Shown in pieces: positions 55,611-64,000 of a DNA stretch of 64,000 nt; within the stretch, counting starts at the first letter, position 1, and every line of letters begins with the position of its first letter. The position numbers and the translations under genes are program-made. Below the pieces are notes generated by a model. The model worked only from the letters and a program-made list of their open reading frames with translations, was not told the origin of the DNA and did not search any database. Source of the stretch: Thermoanaerobaculia bacterium (GTDB taxonomy: Bacteria; Acidobacteriota; Thermoanaerobaculia; UBA5066); the NCBI GenBank assembly GCA_038245905.1, contig JBBRRY010000001.1, forward strand, positions 192,001 to 256,000, read 5' to 3'.

Positions 55611-56033
55611 TCAGTAGAACTCGCCCGGCTTGAGCGAATAGCAGGAAAACGACATCTTCGCGGAATCCGCCTGGCAGACGGGCTTTCCGGGAGTCGATTC
55701 CCTCTCGAGGAGGAAATTCGTCTCGGACCCCGCGACGTGGTCCGAGAGCGCCTTGTAGACGCACCAGCAGGAATCGTGAGAGACGCCGGGTGTCGTGTAT
55801 GCCGACTGCGCCGTGAGACCGGCCTTCGTGAAGTTTTTCTGCGTCCACGGGGCGATCACGCCAATCGCGGCTGTGGCGGAAACGACGGGACATGCGAAGG
55901 TCAGGGGCTCGGCCAGGATCAGCTTCTTGATTTTCGCGGAGAGCTGCGGATTGAGCTGCGCCGGGGGCGCGGCGAGCCCGATACCGCTCGTGAGAGCGAA
56001 AACGAGGGACGTACACTTCAGGAGTGCCTTCAT
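55611..56033 (-). CDS. Small secreted Cys-containing protein (paralog B)
   Basis: SD GGAGG, signal peptide, aligns with paralog A. Confidence 0.72.
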   Translation of the reverse strand: MKALLKCTSLVFALTSGIGLAAPPAQLNPQLSAKIKKLILAEPLTFACPVVSATAAIGVIAPWTQKNFTKAGLTAQSAYTTPGVSHDSCWCVYKALSDHVAGSETNFLLERESTPGKPVCQADSAKMSFSCYSLKPGEFY

Positions 56034-56125
56034 CGACTATGTCCTCCCTCGGGCCAGACGACCCGATTCGGGAGGACTGACGGGACGGAGGAGCTTCCGG
56101 CATAGACGGCGGGAAGGGATTCCGG

Positions 56126-56665
56126 CTATTCCGCCTTCGCGGGCCGCCGCAGCCGGCCGATCAGGGCACGCGGCCCGGCCGCGATGCCGCCCGCGACGAG
56201 CCCCGTCGCCACGGCCGCGAACGCGGCGAGGGCCACGAGCAGCGGCCCCACGTTGATGCCCCCAGGAAGGTCCCCGCCGTGCGCGACACGGTTCAGGGAG
56301 GCGCCGAAGGTCAGCGCGGCTAGCGCCGTGCCCCCGAGAAATGCCCACCGGCTCTCCCTGGGCATAGACAACTCGGCCTTGCGGGCTGGGCCTCGCGACC
56401 AGAGAGGCGCCGCGACCGACACGCCGGCGTCGGCGAAGAAAAGCAGCAGGCCCGCCATGAGATAGGGCGGCAGGAAAGCCAGGATCGACGCCACGATGAA
56501 ACGCACGAGAGGCCTTTTCGTCAGGGCAGCCCCGAGCGCATCGGCGAGAAACGGATACGCCGTGAACGACTCAGCGGCGTGGGGGTGAGCCACGAGATAC
56601 GCGCCGAGAACGAGAAGGAAGGCTCCCGGAGAGACCAGGAGGAACGCGCGCACCGTCCGGAACAT
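56126..56665 (-). CDS. Hypothetical membrane protein (about 4 TM)
   Basis: Hydrophobic segments; starts 2 bp after the transglycosylase stop. Confidence 0.65.
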   Translation of the reverse strand: MFRTVRAFLLVSPGAFLLVLGAYLVAHPHAAESFTAYPFLADALGAALTKRPLVRFIVASILAFLPPYLMAGLLLFFADAGVSVAAPLWSRGPARKAELSMPRESRWAFLGGTALAALTFGASLNRVAHGGDLPGGINVGPLLVALAAFAAVATGLVAGGIAAGPRALIGRLRRPAKAE

Positions 56666-56667
56666 CG

Positions 56668-57453
56668 TCAGAGGGCCGCTCGTGCGATCCGGCCGGGCGG
56701 GCCCCACAGCGCGAGCACGCGTTTCACGTAGTCGAGGGTCTCCCGGTAAGGCGGCACGCCGCCGTATTCCTCCACCGCATGCTCTCCCGCGTTGTACGCC
56801 GCCAGGATGAGATCCGCGTTCGTCTCACCGAACCGCTCGGCGAGCTCGGCGAGATACGCGACGCCGCCACGGATGTTGTCCCGCGGATCGAACGGGCGCT
56901 TCACGCCGAGGCGCCGCGCCGTGGCCGGCATGAGCTGCATGAGACCGCGCGCTCCCTTCCGGGACACGGCATGCGGGTGGCCGTTCGACTCGACCTTGAT
57001 GACGGCCGCGATGAACGCGGGATCGACTTTGTGCTCCTTCGCGGCCGCGAGAATCTGCGAGGAATAGGGGGACGAGAAGGAGGAATAGGGCGATTCCGAG
57101 AGGGTGCGGACGGAACGGCTTGCTTCCAAAGGCGCGCCGACCGGGACCCCACCGGCGTCTCCCGGCTTCGTCGGCGCCGGACGCTCGTACTCGTCGTCCA
57201 CGATGCGCGCGACGACGTCGAGGGGAATCGTCATCGAGCCGCCGCCCACGAGCCCGACCGTGAGCCGGTCGCCGTCCACGACCTCGTAGCTCGCGACCCG
57301 GAGATGTCGCCCGTCCTCGAACACGACGAGCGTGGCGGCCGCTGGCGCCGCGCAGAGGCCTAGAAGAGCGAACCCTGCACAGACGAGGACGATCCCTCTT
57401 CCCCTTCTGAGCAAATCCCTCTCTTTCTTCTCTTTCCGACTCATCGCCATCAT
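56668..57453 (-). CDS. Lytic transglycosylase (SLT domain)
   Basis: VES, AVSRKGARGLMQLMP, AAYNAG, PPYRET..YV. Confidence 0.92.
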   Translation of the reverse strand: MMAMSRKEKKERDLLRRGRGIVLVCAGFALLGLCAAPAAATLVVFEDGRHLRVASYEVVDGDRLTVGLVGGGSMTIPLDVVARIVDDEYERPAPTKPGDAGGVPVGAPLEASRSVRTLSESPYSSFSSPYSSQILAAAKEHKVDPAFIAAVIKVESNGHPHAVSRKGARGLMQLMPATARRLGVKRPFDPRDNIRGGVAYLAELAERFGETNADLILAAYNAGEHAVEEYGGVPPYRETLDYVKRVLALWGPPGRIARAAL

Positions 57454-58376
57454 GCCCTCGGGTGCGTCCGGTCGTAGACCTTGCGGATGCGCGAGCGGGA
57501 GACATGCGTGTAGATCTCGGTCGTGGCGATGTCCGCATGGCCGAGCATCATCTGAACGGCCCTGAGGTCGGCGTCGTTGTCGACGAGATGCGTCGCGAAC
57601 GCGTGCCGGAGGACGTGGGGAGATACGGCGGAAGCCGGCAGGTCCGCTTTCCGTGCCGCGGCCTTCAGTGCGAGAAAGACGGTCTGCCTCGTGATCGGCT
57701 TTCCGCTCGCACCCGGGAACACCCATCGCCCCGCCGCACCCGGCTTCACGGCCCGTACCGCCTGCAGGTAGCGCGCGACCCATCGCGCGGAGGAATCCGC
57801 GATCGGCACGACCCGCTCTTTCGCGCCCTTGCCGCGAACCACGATGAAGCCTTCCGGGAGGCGCAGCGCCTCCAAGGGAAGAGTCGCGAGCTCCGAGACC
57901 CGGAGGCCGCAGGCATAGAGCAGCTCGAAAAGCGCGCGGTTGCGCAGGCCTCGCGGGGTCGTCACGTCCGGCGCGTCCAGAAGACGCATCACGTCGTCTG
58001 GCGAGAGAACCTTCGGAAGCATCGCCCATCGCCGGGCGTTCGCGAGGTCGGCCGTCGGGTCCGCCGTGAGGACCTTCTCCGCGGCGAGAAATCCATAGAG
58101 CCCACGCAGCGCCGAGGTGAGCCGCGCGAGGGTGCGGGGCGACATCCCCTCCGCGCGGCGGACGCCGAGATACGCGACAACGTCGCCGCGCGTGACCCGG
58201 GATGGATCCCTCCTAGAGGACGCGATATACGTCCCGAACGCCGCGAGATCGCGGCGGTATGCTTCGAGCGTATTCGATGAGAGGCCCTTTTCCGCCGAAA
58301 GATAGTCGAGGAAGAGCGGGAGGTGCTTCTGAAAGAAGACGCCGGCCGGCGTTTTGGCAGGAGATCCCGAACTCAC
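57450..58376 (-). CDS. xerD: Tyrosine recombinase XerD
   Basis: LYACGLRVSE, GKG.KER, SPHVLRHAFATHL, LGHADIATTEIYTHV. Confidence 0.9.
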   Translation of the reverse strand: MSSGSPAKTPAGVFFQKHLPLFLDYLSAEKGLSSNTLEAYRRDLAAFGTYIASSRRDPSRVTRGDVVAYLGVRRAEGMSPRTLARLTSALRGLYGFLAAEKVLTADPTADLANARRWAMLPKVLSPDDVMRLLDAPDVTTPRGLRNRALFELLYACGLRVSELATLPLEALRLPEGFIVVRGKGAKERVVPIADSSARWVARYLQAVRAVKPGAAGRWVFPGASGKPITRQTVFLALKAAARKADLPASAVSPHVLRHAFATHLVDNDADLRAVQMMLGHADIATTEIYTHVSRSRIRKVYDRTHPRA

Positions 58377-58413
58377 TCGATGATTCTACGGAAGCCGGGC
58401 CGCCCGCGTCGGG

Positions 58414-59688
58414 TCACGAGCCCCGGACGCGTTCCACGGCGGGGGCCACCAGGCCGGCCGGATCCGGCAGGGCCGACAGGATCGTCCGGATCTCGGGCTC
58501 GGAAAGGACATGGTCGGAGGCCTTCGCGGCGCGATAGAGCGCGGCGACTCGCTGGGGCGTTGGCTCGACGCCCCGTTCCCGCAGCCAGAAGATCACGTTG
58601 GACTCTCCGGACATCGGGCCGACTTCGATCACTTGCGTAAGACCGACCATCGCGGCGGGAACGCCGGAGTAGACCCGGTCCGCGAGCCAGTCGTGACCCT
58701 TCGCGCGCGCCTTCACGATCGCGGCCGCGTGAACGCCCGTCCCGGTCCGGAACGCGTCGCGCCCGACGACCGGGTAGCCGTCGGGGATCGGCACCTTCAC
58801 GTACGCCGACACCTTCGAGACGTAACGCGGCAGAGCGGTCAGGTCGCGGTCGATCCAGCCGAGGAGCTGGAGGTTCACGAGGAGGAGGTCGAGCGGAGTA
58901 TTTCCCACGCGCTCCCCCACTCCCAGCGCACAACCGTGAACCCGGTGCGCCCCCGCGCGCAGGGCGGCGAGGGAGTTCGCGACGGAGAGCCCGCGGTCCT
59001 GATGGCCGTGCCAGTCGATGCGCACGGCTGGATTCTCCCGCGCCACGAATTCCGCGAGGAAGCCTACGAGCGCAGCGGCGCCCTCGGGCGTCGCGTGTCC
59101 GACCGTGTCGCAGGCACAGATCCGGGACGCCCCCGCGGCGATCGCCGTCCCGTAGAGAGCGACGAGATCCTCGGGGCGCGCGCGCGTCGTGTCTTCCGTG
59201 ACGTACGTGACCGACAGGCCGTGACGCACTCCGAGCGAGACGGCGTCGCGCGTCAGCTTCATCATGCGCGAGAGCTCCCAGTCCTCAACGTACTGCCGGA
59301 TCGGCGACGAGCCTATGAACGTCGTCATCTCGAGTGTCCGGCCCACGCGCTGGGAGATCCCGATGATCGGTTCTATGTCGGAGGCGAGCGTGCGGGCCGC
59401 GCACCCGGGGTTCACCGCGAGACCGGCCTCCGTCATGCGACGGACGAGCCACTCGACGTCCTCGCGGGAGCTCCCTCCCGCGGCCGGAATGCCGATGACG
59501 GCGGTGTCGATCCCGAGCCGCTCCATGAGGACGATCAGCTCGAACTTCTCGTCGAGGGTCGGCGTGACGGCCGACGGGGACTGGAGGCCGTCGCGAAGCG
59601 TTTCGTCGACGAGCTCGACGGGAAGGTGCCGTGGCCGGCCTTCGCCAGCGGCTCTGTTCCAGTCGTATACGAGGCGTTGAGGGTCCAT
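58414..59688 (-). CDS. DRE-TIM Claisen condensation enzyme (LeuA/homocitrate synthase family, no regulatory domain)
   Basis: DETLRDGLQ, CDTVG, HGHQDRG, GVGERVGN. Confidence 0.85.
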   Translation of the reverse strand: MDPQRLVYDWNRAAGEGRPRHLPVELVDETLRDGLQSPSAVTPTLDEKFELIVLMERLGIDTAVIGIPAAGGSSREDVEWLVRRMTEAGLAVNPGCAARTLASDIEPIIGISQRVGRTLEMTTFIGSSPIRQYVEDWELSRMMKLTRDAVSLGVRHGLSVTYVTEDTTRARPEDLVALYGTAIAAGASRICACDTVGHATPEGAAALVGFLAEFVARENPAVRIDWHGHQDRGLSVANSLAALRAGAHRVHGCALGVGERVGNTPLDLLLVNLQLLGWIDRDLTALPRYVSKVSAYVKVPIPDGYPVVGRDAFRTGTGVHAAAIVKARAKGHDWLADRVYSGVPAAMVGLTQVIEVGPMSGESNVIFWLRERGVEPTPQRVAALYRAAKASDHVLSEPEIRTILSALPDPAGLVAPAVERVRGS

Positions 59689-59705
59689 CGGGCTAAGATT
59701 GCATT

Positions 59706-60862
59706 ATGGTCGATTCACTCGGCATCGTGGGCTACGACTCGTTCCATTTCGTCGTTAAAGACCTCGAACGCAGCCGCCGGTTTTACGCGGACGCGCTCGG
59801 CTTCACCGAGGTCGCGCGTGCCTCCGCATCAAAGATCGAAAAGGGCGGCGAGGTCGCATCTGTCTTCGGCGCCGGCCAGATCAGGGTCCTCGTCTCCAGC
59901 CCGAAGCGGAATGACTCGAGGGCGGCGCGGTTCCTGAAGATTCACCCCGACGGCATTTCCTCCCTCGCGCTCCGCGTGCGCGACATCCAGGCCGCCTGGG
60001 ATTTTCTGGCGACTCGGGGCGCCACGTTCCTGTCGGACATCGCCGTGGATGAAGTCGAGGGCGGCGCGTTCCGGACTTTCAACATCGCGACGCCGCTCGA
60101 CGACACCACGTTCCGTTTCATCGAACGGGACGGGAAGTACCCGTGCTTCGCTCCCGACTTCGAGAACGTCGGCGACGGCAAGCCGCGTGAAAACCCGCAC
60201 GGCTTCGCCACGATCGACCATGTGACGTCGAACGCCTATACGATGCTTCCGGTCGTGAACTGGTACCGCGATGTACTCGGTTTTTCGCACTACTGGGACG
60301 TCGAGTTCCACACGGCCGAGGTGGGCGCCCGCCGCATGACGGGTTCCGGCCTCCGCTCGATCGTCATGGCCGACCCCGGCAGCGGGGTGAAGTTCGCCAC
60401 GAACGAGCCCATGCGGCCGTTCTTCCGCGACAGCCAGATCAACCGCTTCTGCGAGGATCATCACGGCGCGGGCGTCCAGCACGTCGCGTTTCTCGTGAAG
60501 GAGATCATCCCGGCCGTCGAGTTCCTGCGCGCGAAAGGCATCCAGTTCCTTCCGGCGCCCGGCGCGTATTACGACCGGCTGCCGAAGCGCCTCGAAGACG
60601 TGAAGATCAGGAACATCAAGGAGTCCATGGACGCGCTGCGCCGGAACCACATCCTCGTGGACGGCGCCGACGACAAGTACATGCTCCAGATCTTCATGCT
60701 CGATGCGATGGCGATGTACGGCGACGAGCATGCCGGCCCTTTCTTCTACGAGATCATCCAGCGCGAGGGCGACCGGGGCTTCGGCTACGGCAACTTCCGC
60801 GCGCTCTTCGAGTCGATCGAGGCCGCCCAGCGCACGGACGCGAGCGCGCTCGAGGTGGTCGG

Positions 60863-60866
<4 letters not shown>
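59706..60866 (+). CDS. hppD: 4-hydroxyphenylpyruvate dioxygenase
   Basis: IDH, NEP, SQI, GVQHVA, LQIF, FFYEIIQR, GFG.GNFRALFESIE. Confidence 0.93.
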
Positions 60867-62014
<1,148 letters not shown>

Positions 62015-62017
62015 CCT

Positions 62018-62452
62018 TCAACCGACGAGCGGGTTCCGGACTTTCAGATCGGGAAAGCGGCCGAAGTCCCGGTCAGCCGACCACAGCTCCTTCACTCCGT
62101 GGAGGACGCAGAGCGCCGCGATGCGGGCGTCGTGGACCCGGGGCCCCGAAACGCCGCTCGAGAGAACGGTCGAGGAGAGCTTCTCCCAGTAACCAATCTC
62201 CTCCCCGAGGAGAACGAGAGAGGGAGATTCCATCCACATGGAAACCTGCTCGAGCGCCCGCTCGACGGGCGAAGGCGGGTTGAAAACTCTCGGATGGGTC
62301 ACGACCGCAAGAAACTCGTGAACACAGGGCCAGGGAATCGCCCACGTCTCGTCCGAGGTCGCCAGGTTCGCGATACTGGTTCGGGCCGCCTCGTGCGCTT
62401 CCGACTCCGAGCGGTGGGCGTGTACCAGAATGTTGGAGTCGACCGCGATCAA
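62018..62452 (-). CDS. vapC: VapC PIN-domain toxin (TTG start)
   Basis: IAVDSNIL, HEF, HDARIAA, SADRDF. Confidence 0.9.
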   Translation of the reverse strand: MIAVDSNILVHAHRSESEAHEAARTSIANLATSDETWAIPWPCVHEFLAVVTHPRVFNPPSPVERALEQVSMWMESPSLVLLGEEIGYWEKLSSTVLSSGVSGPRVHDARIAALCVLHGVKELWSADRDFGRFPDLKVRNPLVG

Positions 62453-62694
62453 CCGCCGCGCCCTTCGTAAATCAGCGATCGCATTTTCTCCCAATTCGAC
62501 AGATCGACCCCTGGCTGAAGTCCCTTTCCTCTGAAGCTGCCGTCGCGCAGCCGGAATTGGCCTCTTTTCCTGTGCCCCGCGAGGACCCCGCGGAGGCCTT
62601 CTTCGAGGAGGGAGCGCAGGGTTCGACCTTCGCGAACCGCGGCCGCGCGCGCCTCGCGCATCAATGGGTCGCTGATTTCGACAGTCGTCTTCAT
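62449..62694 (-). CDS. vapB: VapB-type RHH antitoxin
   Basis: MKTTVEISD.L; TLRSLLEEGLR; overlaps vapC start. Confidence 0.85.
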   Translation of the reverse strand: MKTTVEISDPLMREARAAAVREGRTLRSLLEEGLRGVLAGHRKRGQFRLRDGSFRGKGLQPGVDLSNWEKMRSLIYEGRGG

Positions 62695-62729
62695 ATGGGA
62701 GACTATATCATTGAGTATGGCAGCCCATA
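62694..62729. promoter_or_regulatory. Tandem palindromic operators of vapBC overlapping the -10 element
   Basis: TATGG-N4-CTATA (62694-62707) and TATGG-N4-CCATA (62716-62729), 22 bp apart. Confidence 0.7.
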
Positions 62730-62748
62730 TTAGCGGCTCCGGGCGGCG

Positions 62749-63534
62749 TCAGCGCCCGGTGAACTTCGCCGGGCGCTTCTCGAGGAAGGCGCCGACGCCT
62801 TCCTTCATGTCCTCCGTCGAGACGCAGAGGCCGAAGAGCGTGGCTTCGTAGTCCTCGGCCGCGGGGAAGGACATGTCGAGACCGTGGTTCACGGCGTCGA
62901 GGACGCACCCCACGGCGATCGGAGCGCGCGAGAGGATCTTCGCGAGAAGCGCACGCGAAGCCGGGATCAGCTCCGCCGGCTCGACGACTTTGTTCACGAG
63001 CCCGATGCGAAACGCTTCATCCGCCGACACGGCATCGCCCGTGAGCAGGATCTCGAGGGCGCGGCCCTTTCCCACCAGACGCGGGAGGCGCTGCGAGCCC
63101 GCGTAGCCCGGCATGACGCCGAGGTTCACTTCGGGCTGACCCAGCTTCGCGGTGTTCGAGGCGACGCGCAAGGTGCACGCCATTGCGAGCTCGCAGCCGC
63201 CGCCGAGGGCGAAGCCGTTCACGGCCGCGACCACGGGCTTGCCGAGGTTCTCGATACGGTCGAAGAGCGCCTGTCCCTTCTTCGCGAACGCGCGCGCTCC
63301 GGCTGGCGTGAACGTCGTGAAGATGCGTACGTCGGCGCCCGCCACGAATGCCTTTTCGCCGGCGCCCGTCAGGATCACGCCGCCCACCGCCTCGTCGTAC
63401 CGGGCGCTCTCGAAAGCAGCGGCGAGCGCGTCCATGACCTCGGGGTTCAACGCGTTGAGCTTGTCCGGACGGTTGATGGTGACCGTGAGGATGCGATCTG
63501 AGGTTTCGGTGAGAACGACGGACATCTTGGGCAC
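62749..63534 (-). CDS. Enoyl-CoA hydratase/crotonase
   Basis: NRPDKLNALN, FVAGAD, GFALGGGCELA, GQPE. Confidence 0.93.
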   Translation of the reverse strand: MPKMSVVLTETSDRILTVTINRPDKLNALNPEVMDALAAAFESARYDEAVGGVILTGAGEKAFVAGADVRIFTTFTPAGARAFAKKGQALFDRIENLGKPVVAAVNGFALGGGCELAMACTLRVASNTAKLGQPEVNLGVMPGYAGSQRLPRLVGKGRALEILLTGDAVSADEAFRIGLVNKVVEPAELIPASRALLAKILSRAPIAVGCVLDAVNHGLDMSFPAAEDYEATLFGLCVSTEDMKEGVGAFLEKRPAKFTGR

Positions 63535-63543
63535 TCCCTCGTC

Positions 63544-64000
63544 TCAGGCGAACGGATTCTCGTCCGCGCTGGGGCCGTACATGCCGGGAACGGGCACGTC
63601 CAGGAGCCTGAGGTAGACGGACAACTGGCCCCGGTGATGCACCGAGTGGTTGAGGATCATGGTCCTGACGACGGCGAGACGCGGCATGGAGAAAACCGGG
63701 TTTCCGTTCATGGAGAGAGTCCAGAGCCCCATCGCCCGGGTGTCGTCGAGTGCGTTCAGCGCCGTCTTCGCATCGGCGATGGTCTTGTCGAACAGCGCGA
63801 CGAGACCGACCGCGGTCGGAGGAGCGGGCGGGACGCCGACCGTGTTCACGCCGACGTCGAACCCGTCGTCCTTCAGGGAACTCGACCAGCTCGGAAGCGT
63901 CGCGACATGGGTCGCGAGCTTTCCGAGAGTCATCGACTTCGCGTGCGGCGCCCATGCGTGCTTGTCGTCCGGCACGCGCTCCAGCATCTTCCGGGTCGAG
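63544..64000 (-). CDS. DinB-like protein (5' truncated by window edge)
   Basis: PHAKSMTLG.LA.H; H..HHRGQLSVYLR..VP..YG. Confidence 0.85.
   Translation of the reverse strand, partial: STRKMLERVPDDKHAWAPHAKSMTLGKLATHVATLPSWSSSLKDDGFDVGVNTVGVPPAPPTAVGLVALFDKTIADAKTALNALDDTRAMGLWTLSMNGNPVFSMPRLAVVRTMILNHSVHHRGQLSVYLRLLDVPVPGMYGPSADENPFA

Noticed and set aside
57450-58376. Tyrosine recombinase as a prophage or island integrase
   Set aside because: Size and motifs fit housekeeping XerD; no att repeats, tRNA or phage genes nearby.

Overview
High-GC bacterial chromosomal segment of about 63 genes, from a diderm organism (lpxB, msbA, lpt genes). The gene set and order suggest Acidobacteriota, but that is inference. 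Left part, almost all + strand: lpxB-msbA-yicC-gmk-rpoZ-udg-priA, then accA-recJ-lptC/A-lptB-rpoN-hpf-hprK-rapZ-PTS, then miaB-BFN-parA-parB. Right part, mostly - strand: metK-sahR-ahcY, dnaE, a methionine gamma-lyase, a LeuBCD-like cluster, guaA, xerD and vapBC, with proBA and hppD-hmgA on +. Gene orientation converges on a clear XerC/D dif site at 26171-26198, so this looks like the replication terminus. Two things stand out. (1) A complete ParA-ParB pair with a non-canonical ParB recognition helix ends about 160 bp from dif. (2) A degenerate AT-rich motif of about 16 bp (TTCkRAGmAAATCyCT) recurs, mostly as reverse-then-forward pairs. The copies sit in protein tails, linkers and intergenic DNA, and are densest around dif. 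Together these suggest an undescribed terminus-organising or segregation system. About a dozen genes also look leaderless (TAnnnT-N5-7-start codon). No rRNA, tRNA, CRISPR array or IS element was recognised.
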